Shown: piece by piece, positions 1 through 12,109 of the stretch
Layout of the letters: every line of letters starts with the position of its first letter
Numbering within the stretch: the first letter of the stretch is position 1
Notes under the pieces: model-generated
Seen by the model: only the letters and a program-made list of their open reading frames with translations
What the model was told of the DNA's origin: nothing
Database searches by the model: none
Made by a program: the position numbers and the translations under genes
DNA from: Octopus bimaculoides
Lineage: Eukaryota
Direction: 5' to 3'
NCBI RefSeq assembly: GCF_001194135.2
Contig: NC_068995.1
Coordinates: 18,165,365 to 18,225,392, forward strand
Length of the DNA: 60,028 nucleotides

Positions 1-75
<75 letters not shown>

Positions 76-135
76 GAAGAAGAAGAAGAAGAAGAAGAAG
101 AACAACAACAACAACAACAACAGCAACAACAACAA
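1..135. repeat. Compound trinucleotide microsatellite (TAA)n-(GAA)n-(CAA)n
   Basis: Directly visible; runs off the window start. Confidence 0.97.
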
Positions 136-149
136 TACTTTTTTTTTTT

Positions 150-1330
150 AGAATGTCAACAACATTAGGAGATGAGGTAACTTGATAGCATTGACCCGCT
201 TGTTGAAATCTTTTCAATTTTATCGACACAATATTTCATAATACGCTCTGTATTAGTCACAAGTACCACGAAGATTTCTTTCAGAAAATAAAGCGGTGAC
301 AGTATAGTTGGGATTTACTGAAATGTATGTAAACATTATGAGCCAAACAACAAAATTTCCGTGTATGAGGAATCTCTACCCTCAGATGACTCTGGAATAT
401 CAAAGCTTCCAGGTCAACATAATCACCAAGAATACTAATGCCAGGGCTCCTCTTTTATCCATAATTTTCAATATTTAGACGCATTCTTAGACTAGCTCCA
501 TTAACTCGGGTCATTTTCTCTACGTTCACACACATTACAAATTTCATGAATGGTAGCATCTCTCTTTCTACATGTATAGCCGCATTTGTAAGTGGCACTT
601 CAGAAAGTCCATGTTCTTGACCGAGAAAAAAGTAGTCAGTTGTTCAATCTTGTTCATCATACAACATATTTCACCATAGCCATCAGACAGGGTAAAAGTT
701 ATGGCATTTCCCGGACGAATGAAGGCGGTAGCTTTGTCTTTACCATGGAGTAAGTTAAGAGTTCGATATATCCTACACCATAGGTTCTCAAAGTGGGCGC
801 TACTGCCCCCAGTGGGCGTTGAGAGGTCTAGGTATGCGCTAGTGCCTAAGGGAGCAGTGGGGGCGGAGAGAAAAAGGAGACGTTAGGAGGAAGGCAGTGA
901 ATTAGAGGACGCTATGAATTTATTATAATAGTATTGTATACAAATTATGTAATATTATATCAAATATCAAACGATTCGTAGTATATATAAATTAGTAAAA
1001 TATAAAATATTTATCTATACATAAAAATAGGGGTAGGGTCCTGAGGGTATTATGTGGCCATGAGGGAGGCGGTGGCCTAAAATTTTGGGAACCTCTGTCC
1101 TACACGCATAGCAGGCTGACGGTATAATGCACAAATCAGCCACACTCGAGTAAAGCAGGTGCACGTGTGGTACAATTTCCTTGCTCTCCTCGCATCTTGG
1201 GCAGGAGAAGTTGACAGGAATACCATACTTGTAGAGTTAATAGCGAACCGGCAGCCACTGCCTCCCAACTATATACACGCATGCGGTAACACTGCCAGGC
1301 CAGATTTTACTAGAATGTATCCATGGGACT
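150..1330 (-). mobile_element. Decayed L1/Tx1-clade LINE, ORF2 C-terminal part, interrupted by a hAT MITE
   Basis: Minus frame reads GRQWLPVRY*LYKYGIPVNFSCPRCEESKEIVPHVH (CX2C...H zinc-knuckle typical of the L1/Tx1 ORF2 C-terminus). Removing the MITE plus one TSD joins about 110 open codons ending ...FFSVKNMDFLKCHLQMRLYM*KER. Left boundary approximate. Confidence 0.6.
779..1097 (+). mobile_element. Non-autonomous hAT element (MITE), Buster/Charlie-like
   Basis: Terminal inverted repeats CATAGGTTCTCAAA and TTTGGGAACCTCTG (rc CAGAGGTTCCCAAA). Perfect 8-bp TSD TCCTACAC at 771-778 and 1098-1105, with TA at positions 4-5 as in the Buster subfamily. Confidence 0.88.
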
Positions 1331-1332
1331 GA

Positions 1333-1737
1333 AAATTTTCGGCCACCGCCTCCCTCATGGCCACATAATACCCTCAGCGCCGCGCCCCTATTTTTACGTA
1401 TTAATAAATATTTTATATTTTACTAATTTATATATACTATGAACCTTTTGATATTTAATATATTACATAATTTGTATACAATACGTTACAAAATTTGTAT
1501 AGAATACTATCATAATAAATTCATAGAGTCCCCCAATTTACTGCCTTCTTCCTAACGCCTCCCTTTTCTCTCCGTCCTTACTGCTCCCTTAGGCACCAGC
1601 GCCCACATAGATCTCTCAACGCCCACTAGGGGCGGTAGCGCCCACTTTGAGAACCTATGGTGTAGGATATACCCAACTGTTAAATCACTCCATGGTAAAG
1701 ACAAAGCTACCGCCTTCATTCGTCCGGAAAGTGCCAT
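1333..1737 (-). repeat. Inverted duplicate of 701-1085 (MITE lacking one TIR plus 78 bp of flanking LINE)
   Basis: Reverse complement aligns over about 390 bp, including the left TIR and adjacent TSD copy (GTGTAGGA 1660-1667). Both arms give near-identical 61-aa pseudo-ORFs in the ORF track. Confidence 0.93.
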
Positions 1738-1739
1738 CC

Positions 1740-2950
1740 GTAGATGACCAGCCAGTTGATTTCTTCGATGTCATTGCACACTTCTATTCCTCTAGAGAAC
1801 GTCATGTTCGAACCTCCAGTCACAGCAATGTCTGTGTGGCTGAGATCTATGAGCATACACTAGCAGTCTAGGTATCAGGTGCCTACCATCGTCTGCGATT
1901 GTTCTTGAACTACAGCATAGTCCGCGAGGGGTCTGCAAGTCTCGTATATAGGGATCACGGCTGCTTGTTGTCAAAGAACGCTAGTGATGTCGATTCAGCA
2001 CCTGTCTGCCCAACATTAGCCACATCTTGTCAGTACCCCAAGTCGCAGATAATATCCCATATCGACCACCTCGGAACACATCCTGTTCAGAAAAAGTTCA
2101 TTCTATTCTTTCATCCACGAAGCGACATAAGACTCGCGCCCAAGCCGCAGCAGGTGCTACATGTGATTTACGCATTCGGAGCTTCACTCGAAGCTTCAGG
2201 GTCATTTTCCTGCGGTCCATTTTTGTATGAGACAACATACTCCACACGCTCTTTCTTCCCAAATTTTTCTACATGGGTAATCGAACAAAATGAAATCCAA
2301 CGCCCCACCGGTATCTCACTGGTGCTTCAACGACGCTTCAGAACACTGTTAAATACCATGAATAAGCACCACCAGGTGCAGAGTCGCAGGCACAAGGTCT
2401 TCTGGTTAGTTTTCACTCCTGACACCACTTCACATTCCTTTAGAGCAATACTGATCACTTCGATGTGTGTTGTGTCAGGCACTGCTACAGTGACACCGAC
2501 CACATATGAAAAACAGGATATTCTACATCATAGTTCATGTGAAATGCCACACAAACATCCAGCTACTAAAGCATTACCTCTAGATTCAGTGCATGCAAAG
2601 GACAATCTTAACGAACCAAACGCAAACATCCAGATGCCTGAATATATCTGGTGGCCCCGTGCCAGTTTGAGTGATAACACTGTAGGCACCTCCGTTGTAA
2701 CCGTTCACAGTCAGAATCACCAACTTACTATCTGAGTTCAAGAAAATCAGCTGTATTTCGATACCAATTTCCTACCCAATTTCCATCGAAGTTAGATATT
2801 TTAGCTGCTGCTGCTCCTCTCGGTGCACTTGTTATTGTTGCTGATCTATTAATACAAACGTCCTCCATCGATCCACATCGCTTGGAGTAAGTGACGAATT
2901 TCATGTCTTTCCATATACTCTTCACCAATTTTTGTATCTGAATTTCCTCT
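1740..2950 (-). mobile_element. Decayed L1/Tx1-clade LINE ORF2, endonuclease-to-RT part
   Basis: Minus frame near 2735-2600 reads SDSKLVILTVNGYNGGAYSVITQTGTGPPDIFRHLDV, resembling the Tx1 APE segment (GKLVVLDV..GAFRLVAVYAP..G.PDFFR.LE). Many stops and frameshifts; RT-side similarity near 1750-1900 is weak. Confidence 0.5.
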
Positions 2951-4199
2951 AACCAGCCTTAGATCCCATGTACCAGTGCACCAATATTCTAGCCGTTTTC
3001 ATAGAGAGTTATCTTGTTCCGGTCACTTACTACTATTGATAATAACAAGAATAAAACATGAATAATGCTGTTGAGATTTCGTGATAAACATTGATTACGG
3101 CGCCAATAGTCATTATTGGCTTTTTTTTTATTTCTTTCTTAATTTGATCATAAATAGAGATGATGATGAAGGCGTCATTTTAAAGAAATGAGAATGAAAT
3201 AAACAGGAAGTGAAAATAAATCGACATTTATGCCGTTTGAAGTGATGAAAAACGAAATTTGTGCCAACAGTAATTATAGAAAAGGAAATAGATCAGTAGG
3301 AATCTATCACAAGTATACCGAAGTAAATTAGCATTCTAATATATAGTGACAAGTCATTTGAAATTGGAAGGATTAATACTGAAAATATCACTTGAAGCTT
3401 CATATTTTATTGTTTTCGAAATAATAAGCATTATCTTATATATCCATATATAAAATATTAAAAGAAACTGAGATTAGCATTTGCTAACAGAACCATAAAC
3501 ATTTAGCTACTAGAACTCTACATGCTAGAAGTGGTTGCAAAATAGAAATGAAATGAAATATTATCATCTAGTTACAAATGATACATTATATAACATGGTC
3601 ATACAAACCTCTAAACAGTTTTATGATAATCCCTTGAATATGCAATTGTTGCAACACGTTTCACGTGAGTCTAAACAGCATCAATAGCAGTGTGTATAAA
3701 ACCAGTCACCTGCTGCTAGTATTCCACACTGATTTGCTGAAATATATTACTGAAAAATTTCCTTTTGGTATAACTTTAAAGTAGATATGTTTGCAGTGAT
3801 GGAATTTCTGACCAGTGGTCGATCCTCAAACAGAAAGCCGACAAGAAGATATTAGACTTCGGTCGTACTGGAACTACGGTTTGCTATCAAGTTTACCCAG
3901 CGATATATAAGAGAGACAATGCATACTTTCGACACATATGATTGACCCTCGAAAGATAGCTCACATTGAGCATTTCTGGTTGAATCTAGACTATTTTTAG
4001 GGCATCTCATCCCATTATTTCTCAACCAGGAGATTAGAATCAACCTAGACGTCGGGTAATGCAACAGATCAGGGCTACTGTGCTGTTGAACAACATGCGA
4101 TCGTATCTACAATTACGCAGCTGCCATAATCTTTTGTGTTGTTGTTTTCTGTGCGTGGTAGTTTACATGTTGGCGCTATGTAATCATTTTCGCCAATGT

Positions 4200-5190
4200 T
4201 TGTAGAATGATGTACGTCTACAGTTCGTTATTTCTTGGATGCCTGTCTATGCCCATGAAATTTATATTTTTGTTTTGGTTACTCTTTACTGTGTGTTCGG
4301 ATGAATATGTTGTTGCCTACACTCGTTATGGTGATTGGAGTACTGTCGTTGTTTTCTCTTTGTTGTTGGTGGAATTGTACTTCTTTCTAGTCTCTACCTT
4401 TCAAATTCCACCGCCTTTTCTCAGGGCATATTTGTTGTCCTCCCCACTCTTTCCTATATTTATAAAGCAGAAGATATCTGACTGATATAAAGAAAGAATA
4501 GTATATGTAGTCGTGTCGTGCTGGAGGCATTCTGGTGTTGGATTAGACGATGTTTCTTTTGTTCTTATAGTCATTGTGTGTTCTGTTGCTAGCTTGCTTG
4601 GAACTGCCACCTCCAGCGTTGTTTCTATTGCTCTTAATGTAGCTTTTGGCGTTGTTTTTCATTTTCCTCTTTCTCTTGTTGCAGCTACTATTGATTTTCC
4701 TGTTGCAGTTCTTGTGGTCGCTTTTGTAATTAAAGTGCTTACCAATTGTTTCTGTTTACCTTGTTTTTAGGTCATGTTCTTGGCAACAATTCCAATGGAT
4801 TGCAGTTGACAGAAAACCCTTGGTTTATTGATCATGCCATAAATGTAATAGGTAGTCCTCTACCTTTTACATTCACTAGAAATCAAGTGCCATTTGCTTC
4901 AATTGGTTCGGAAATGTGATCAACAATCGCTTGATTCGTTTCTATTTATAGCTCCTTGACTATATGTCACCATTTTTCTTGTCATATCTGGGGAATTTGC
5001 TATTTTGTCTTACCTCTTTTAAGAGGAAAGCATTCATCACCAGCCCCTGATATTAGGACACATCCACGAACCTCCTTGGAAACTCCTTTTTTCATATATG
5101 ATAGTATGAGGATAAACTCTATTTTCCATTTTGATTTATAATATATTTCTCACTTAGAATTCAGTCCCATAATATATTATTAAATGCTCC
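4200..5190 (-). mobile_element. Decayed Penelope-like element (RT C-terminal region plus Asn/Lys-rich linker)
   Basis: Broken minus-strand frames (FLVNVK, NKPR, VNCNP..GIVAKN) resemble the PLE FLD...NKP.Y...SNHP..I.KN segment, followed by an A-rich N/K/T-coding stretch like that at 18584-18850. Confidence 0.45.
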
Positions 5191-5267
5191 TAAATTTTGG
5201 GTTTGTGTGACAAGATTTTTCTTATGCATAGGCTGCAGGTCCATCAATCCATCCATCTGTCTGCCTC

Positions 5268-5278
5268 TTTCTCTCTCC

Positions 5279-5345
<67 letters not shown>
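5268..5345. repeat. (CT)n-(AT)n microsatellite
   Basis: Directly visible. Confidence 0.95.
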
Positions 5346-5654
5346 TATACAGTGTACAAAGAGTGTGAGAGAGAAATTAAAGTAAACGTTGAAGAAAATA
5401 TGAAAATAAGCATGTATTTTACATAGTCAAGTCAATAACTGCTGTATGAAGCAAAACATCGGATGGGTATGTCTAATATATCGAAAATTGAAAATCAAGT
5501 CAGGGTTTCAACCCGGTTTGGATTACTGACAATTGCACAGAAGAACCTAACCATGGCTGGATCCCCACTTTCATGTTAACGCTTGATATAATAAAGAGAA
5601 AATTTAAATACATACATGGGAAAAATATTTTGCTTGTACATACAAATATATACA

Positions 5655-5665
5655 CAGACATGTAC

Positions 5666-5699
<34 letters not shown>

Positions 5700-5710
5700 C
5701 CACACACATA

Positions 5711-5780
<70 letters not shown>

Positions 5781-5812
5781 TATGCATATGTATATGCATG
5801 TGTGTGTATGCA
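5655..5812. repeat. (AT)n-(CA)n-(AT)n compound microsatellite
   Basis: Directly visible; source of several spurious ORFs. Confidence 0.95.
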
Positions 5813-6351
5813 TAATGTATTTGAGTGTATGTAAATGATATATAGACTACTCAACACTTTAATTGGAATGGAAAAAAATGTTCTGAGAATAAAAGCTTTA
5901 CTCTCGTGTGTTTCGCAATTGTACACGTTCGGAAAGTCGTATGAAGGAACGAACAGACTAAAGGAGAATCCTATTCTGCGGCATTGGATGAAATATGCAA
6001 AACTGTTTAATTACTCAGATAAGCAAAATCATATATAATAGACAACATTCTGATATTTATAGCGATGTTTTCCCTATAAATATATAGATTGCAACGGATA
6101 TAAATAATATTTAATATTTATTATTCGACAATAAAATATTTTGTTCTTTTAGATTCGAATTTTAATTAAATTGTAGTGAGCCATATCTTTCGAGTTTCAG
6201 GGTTATACACATTTATAATATACATCGTACAAAAGTTTTGTGCAATAAATTAAATATTCTTGATGTGAAGATTACACACACATGTACACTTCACTACCCT
6301 CTCCCCACATACACAGATACACGTGGACGTACTACACACAAACGTATATAA

Positions 6352-6354
<3 letters not shown>

Positions 6355-6393
<39 letters not shown>

Positions 6394-6726
6394 AACAGGA
6401 GAAGAGAGAAATTAGGGGAGAGAAGTGAATTGCATGACGGCGTCTATGTGCATGCATTTGTGTGTGAGTACATGTATAGAGAGCTGGCATTTATTGCAGA
6501 TTTTTAATTGAATTCTAAAGCATTATACTACCCTAGAATTTTACGTTTGTATCTAATTATCTGCACGTTATACATATATATATATATATATATATACATA
6601 CCTATGTATGCGTGTATGTGTCCGTGTGTGAGTGTGTGATTTAGTGAGTGTGTTTCTATACATTATATATATAGACACATTTGTATATAAACTTATATAT
6701 ATATATGTGTATGTGTGTGTGTATGT

Positions 6727-6757
<31 letters not shown>

Positions 6758-6820
6758 CGTATGTATGTGCGTGTGTGTGCCTATGCGTCTGTGCCTGCGT
6801 ATATGTATATGTACATGCAT
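6355..6820. repeat. (GA)n, (AT)n and (TG)n microsatellite cluster
   Basis: Directly visible. Confidence 0.9.
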
Positions 6821-7472
6821 AAATACACACAATGAGATGGATTATTTAAGAGAGAAACGTCGTGAAAACCGAGTGCAAAATAACTGTAAGCGACATTGAA
6901 TATAATCTTTCGGAATTTACTGAATCATGCTAAAGAAACTTTTAAAACGCAAAACAAAATTTTTCGTACGTAAATTAATAGAATGTGATTCTATAATGAT
7001 CTCGAATATCTGAGTATTGTTTATTTCTCTTTCGGTGATCCGGACCTTTCGAAATATTATAGACCGTCGTATCGATTATCTGTTTAACTACATGTCGCAT
7101 TTCTGCCAATGGATCCTATGGCCAAACATGTTACTTCTTTAAATATTTCCTTTTCAGAAAGAGATTTGGTTACAAGTACTTGAAAATGGATTCATTTGGA
7201 AAATAGGTTCAATGATAAGGGTTTCAATGTTATACGAAATAGCTGTTGCAAAACTTGTTTCACATTAAAAGCAGAATCATAGCATAAATAAGTTTGTTCA
7301 TGTTGCCATCGAAACTGCATAATTGAAGTATTTGAATATACACAATACACCTACAAAATGTTTTTCAGTTTTCTGTAAATTAACATTTTTTTTTTTACTC
7401 AGTTTACTATACAAGATATTCCGGAAGGGATAAAGTAACTTACATATGTTATTTTTCTCTTTTAAGGTTAAA

Positions 7473-7688
7473 TGTTACGTTTTTGTTGTGCAGACGCCCC
7501 CAGACGATAAGTAGGCTAGTCCAATACGTATAAATAGCAGCGGAAGAGCGGAAGAGCTGGAGAGCGAAACGGAGCCGTCGGTAGACTAGACGTCGAGTTC
7601 GGTAGAGCCGAGTCATCGGAAGTCCGATATAAGTGGTGACGAGGATTTCGTAGCTCACACAGCCACTGTGCAATATTGCGATATAACA
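7473..7688 (+). mobile_element. Short LTR-like remnant (possible solo LTR)
   Basis: GC-richer island beginning TGTTAC and ending ATAACA, with CCAAT followed by TATAAATAG at 7520-7537. No clear TSD. Confidence 0.4.
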
Positions 7689-8488
7689 GTTTTATAAATG
7701 TTGCTGCTATTATAAGCTGATGGATCCATAGTGAAGAGGCTTCATAGCTTTCTAAGTATAATACAAGAGATTCGTTTTAACAATAACATTTGTCCATACT
7801 TCTTCACAATTTCATATAACTGTAATAGTTGTTCATTACGAATTTATTTCCTACGTACACTTTTCATCGAATTGCCACCAATATGTCAGGCTAATAGCAG
7901 TGCTTAATATTTGCACATAGAAATTATATGAAGGTATCTTAATAGAATAAGAGAAACATTCAAGTGTAATAATGTGAAGTCGTTTTCTAATAAAATCTCT
8001 TCAAATTTAGAAATTATTATTTGTACCACATTTCTTTTTCTGCCATATTGAGTGTGTAAGTTGCACATATGATTAAATACTTTAATTGGTTTTATATTAA
8101 GTGGATTAAATATTGAGTACAAAACTCATATCTCAGTGGAACGCAAATAGTTCAGAAGATGGATGAAATTTTGCGATATTCCTCCATTAATTGATCGTCG
8201 AGAAGGGAGCAATCAAAGATTTCAAGGACCTTCAGTCTCACATCTGCTTTACTATTAGTATTCTACTCTATATAGAGAGTTGCATTAGGATAGAAGGATG
8301 TACCTTCTGTATCACATAGAGGTGCGACTAAAAATTGTACTTGTTCATTGTTTATATAATTGTTGTTTATGACGAAGTTTGAATAAGTTCCTTTTAAACG
8401 TTATCTATCAGGAACAGTATGTTACTATTGTAAATGAATGAACGTCAGATTAGGAATAAAGAACATGATAAGGAAATTCTTCTCTCTC

Positions 8489-9258
8489 TGTTATATATAG
8501 ATACATGCGGGAGTAGTAGATAACAGCTAGCCTTTGGTTACCCTTTTGGAACCTATTGTATCCAGTATTCTGATTGGTTGGTATTGGTGCAATTTGGCGC
8601 CAAGATGCAACCCAACCAATCGCAGCCTTCAGATAAGGTCACGTGAGACAGTCTATTCTAAACATCCGGTGAGCCGACAGCTCGCTATGAATTTCAGCGA
8701 CACATTGAGTCGATGTCTTTCGGTTCAGACTTTTTAAGGTCTAGCCACTGACTACAGAGCACGCAGCCATATCCAGCGACGACCCAACATAGGCCACATG
8801 GCGACCCATCAACACTTCGTCCACGCAGCATTCATCCTAACATCAATATCGTCTCTCTTCGTACACAGTAACCAGCAACATTCCCACAGGTTCTATCTCA
8901 ACACTGTTTGTGAATTACTTCACCATGGTTAACAGCAAATACAACCTCCTGTAACAGGAGATAGGCTCTGCATCGTAGCCATAACTTCTAATACGACAGT
9001 ACCCCAACAGGCTCTGCATTGGAGCCACAACTTATTTGATACAGCATTTCAACTATCATGCACCTTGACTACGAACTGGTATTTATCATCCTTGTGTCTG
9101 AATATTCTAACGTCATATTATAGACTCTTTCAATGCTCTGTACTTATCGCACACGCATTCGTCCATGTTAGTACGCTCACACTTTGTTCTCATGACGGCC
9201 TGTCCATTATTATGTATGATGCACACACATGTTGACATATCAATAAAATCTTCTCTTA
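8489..9258 (+). mobile_element. LTR-like sequence (probable solo LTR), right end lost in gap
   Basis: Starts TGTTA; ATTGG/CCAAT motifs and CACGTG; internal direct repeat GGCTCTGCAT..AGCCA.AACTT (8963-9000, 9009-9046); AATAAA near the 3' end before the gap. Confidence 0.5.
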
Positions 9259-10649
9259 NNNNNNNNNNNNNNNNNNNNNNNNNNNNNNNNNNNNNNNNNN
9301 NNNNNNNNNNNNNNNNNNNNNNNNNNNNNNNNNNNNNNNNNNNNNNNNNNNNNNNNNNNNNNNNNNNNNNNNNNNNNNNNNNNNNNNNNNNNNNNNNNNN
9401 NNNNNNNNNNNNNNNNNNNNNNNNNNNNNNNNNNNNNNNNNNNNNNNNNNNNNNNNNNNNNNNNNNNNNNNNNNNNNNNNNNNNNNNNNNNNNNNNNNNN
9501 NNNNNNNNNNNNNNNNNNNNNNNNNNNNNNNNNNNNNNNNNNNNNNNNNNNNNNNNNNNNNNNNNNNNNNNNNNNNNNNNNNNNNNNNNNNNNNNNNNNN
9601 NNNNNNNNNNNNNNNNNNNNNNNNNNNNNNNNNNNNNNNNNNNNNNNNNNNNNNNNNNNNNNNNNNNNNNNNNNNNNNNNNNNNNNNNNNNNNNNNNNNN
9701 NNNNNNNNNNNNNNNNNNNNNNNNNNNNNNNNNNNNNNNNNNNNNNNNNNNNNNNNNNNNNNNNNNNNNNNNNNNNNNNNNNNNNNNACTATGTAATGAT
9801 TGAAACAGTTCTGTAGATATTTGAACAGGCGATATATTAAATCTGTTAAAAATTGTCGCAATTACTTGACTCGTTATTTTATGTTAAAATGTAACATTAT
9901 GCGAAGCTTGTAATGAAGTTCTTCTAATCGAATTTTGTTTATAAATAAATAGTATTAAGTTGACTTTCGTAGATAGAAACCGAATTTTAAATTTTATGTA
10001 CACACATTATAAATGTACAAATTAACTTAGTCTTTGTATTCAATGATAGAATTCAAGGCTTTGAATATTTGGCAATTATTAATTCTGCTTAATTTAGATT
10101 AAAACAATTGAAATACAATCAACACATGAGTAATTAGTTTTTAATTTTCATATTTTCGACTGTTGGGTTATTAAATCTCCGAAATAAATTATGTTAGGAA
10201 TATTTATTGCATTGTCATCGCTAGAAAATATAAGCTATAAAGAAACTAAATAATTTAGATAATAAATATGTGTATTTGCCCAATATGTTTATTGAGAGAA
10301 ATTAACTTGATGCGATTTTTAATATTTGATTCGTGTTCTTAATAAATTTACTGTAGATAAACATATCTAGTCTCGCTTTGAATAAAGGTTTTTGTCTAAT
10401 ATTGCAGCTCGAAGAGCAATAAAATAATATGAATAAAAACAGATTCGATACAACGAAATAATGTGGTGAGATGATGTAAATGAAAAGGACTATATAATTT
10501 TTCTGTATTCAGATTCTGAAACTATCAAGTAATAATCTTAAACCGAGTATAGATGGATGTTACATAATACCTGAAGTTCTTACAAAGATATTTTTTTTAT
10601 TTACATTATTTACATTTGACGAATATCTGTCCTCATCTTGTTTGTTGTT

Positions 10650-10695
10650 AACACAACCTTTCGGCTGATATACCCTCCAGCCTTCATCAGATGTC
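10650..10695 (-). ncRNA. Minimal type I hammerhead ribozyme motif (stem III mutated)
   Basis: rc reads GACAT-CTGATGA-A-GGCTG-gagggtatat-CAGCC-GAAA-GGTT-GTGTT. Core intact, but C15.2 is G. Confidence 0.7.
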
Positions 10696-10903
10696 TTGGG
10701 GAAATTCCGAAATTGTGCTTTCATTCCTAAGGTATTTTTCGATGTTATTCTTCTTTTTATTATTATACAGGTCACTGCCTGGAATCGAACTCGGAATCTT
10801 GGGGTTAGTAGCCCGCTTTCTTAACTTCTACACCATATGGCGTAGTGGTTAAGAAGGCGGGCGAATAACCCCAAAATTCCGAGTTCGATTCCAGGCAGTG
10901 ACT

Positions 10904-10957
<54 letters not shown>

Positions 10958-11005
10958 TCGAAAAATACCTTAGGAATGAGAGCCCAGGCTCGAAATTTCC
11001 CCCAA

Positions 11006-11051
11006 GACACCTGTTGAAGGCTGGAGGGTATATCAGCCGAAACGTTGTGTT
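11006..11051 (+). ncRNA. Minimal type I hammerhead ribozyme motif (A6>U core variant)
   Basis: GACAC-CTGTTGA-A-GGCTG-gagggtatat-CAGCC-GAAA-CGTT-GTGTT. Stems I and II and palindromic ACGT stem III pair; putative cleavage triplet GUU. Confidence 0.7.
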
Positions 11052-11904
11052 AACAACAATCAAGATGATGACAAATGTCCGTCAAATGTAAGCAAGGTAC
11101 ATAATTCCTCATCTCTTAAATATAGAACTGAAAGATATGTTTTTAAACTAGGTCTAAATTTCATGACCCAAAGTCATTATCGCTCAAATCTCTCGTTTGT
11201 CAATCGTCCTAGGATTCTGAAAAATTCTGATACGTCCAACACCATCTCGTTAAATAGACTGTACCAGTATATGGAGAAGATTTAGTTGTGTATGAAGTAG
11301 GCAGTAGCATTCATAACGTAGTAAACGAAAATTTTACAGTTAACATAACACGCTGATGTGAAGCAAGCATCTTCTATGTGACCATCCTTTTCAGAAGAAG
11401 GAAGGTAAAACAACTGCAAAATTTTGATTTGAAAGTTATTGAATATGAATTGCAGGGAGAGTAAATGTGATTGTTTTGCTGCATGGTGATACTCCGGATA
11501 TTATTCTGTCTTAATTCACCTTATTGGTGTATTTTTAAAACGCCACTGATTAGATCATGCAACGACTTGAAAATCAGTTGCTTCTTGTTCGTGAATGTAC
11601 GCAATGTAGATTATAAGCTACTGAATGACCGAAAGAAAAAAAAGTATTTAAGATAGTGTTTACGTTATGAGAACCTTGGCAGTAAAACATTTTTATAAGA
11701 GAGTTTTCTGTTTTAATAATTGAATCGACCGTAAAGACGTATAACATCAACGTTGATTATCTTTTCCAATGCGTATTGTATTCATCTCTTTTATATGCAA
11801 ATAATTTCTCTGAAGAATATATCTGTGAGAAGACATATGTTTGTATCCAAGTCAATAAATGTATTGTAGAGTGTGTAGAATGAATTTAAATCCAATACTT
11901 ATAT

Positions 11905-11975
11905 TCTACACACACACACACGCACATACATACATACATACATACATACATACACTTAGGCGCATGTATATATCC

Positions 11976-12023
<48 letters not shown>

Positions 12024-12061
12024 GTATGTATGTATATTCATATATATGTATATGTATGTAT

Positions 12062-12105
<44 letters not shown>
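11905..12105. repeat. (CA)n/(TACA)n/(TA)n microsatellite block
   Basis: Directly visible. Confidence 0.95.

Positions 12106-12109
<4 letters not shown>

Larger units (their letters stand above)
10598..11104. mobile_element. Palindromic head-to-head pair of tRNA-headed, hammerhead-tailed non-autonomous retroelements (Penelope-associated)
   Basis: Spacer-less inverted repeat centred on CCATATGG (10833-10840). Each arm has a tRNA-like head (A box TGGCGTAGTGG, B box GAGTTCGATTCC), a TAA-type linker and an HHR-like motif. Confidence 0.8.

Noticed and set aside
1899-2735. Longest clean ORF in the track (278 aa, plus strand)
   Set aside because: No recognisable domain; lies antisense to Tx1-like endonuclease motifs, so most likely a shadow ORF.
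3800-4050. Peptides VVDPQTE...SYW and IDPRKIAHIEHFW resembling Merlin or Tc1 DDE motifs
   Set aside because: Several stops, no TIRs found, and the two family readings conflict; not supportable without a search.
5161-6899. ORFs rich in IY, HT, CV and ER repeats (also at 11.9, 13.3, 47-48 and 51.4 kb)
   Set aside because: Translations of dinucleotide microsatellites.
9165-9861. Long ORFs containing X (also 24.1 and 32.0 kb)
   Set aside because: Open only because they cross N gaps.
10836-10903. tRNA gene
   Set aside because: A and B boxes are present but there is no convincing acceptor stem or full cloverleaf, and it is embedded in a repeated element; treated as a SINE-type head.
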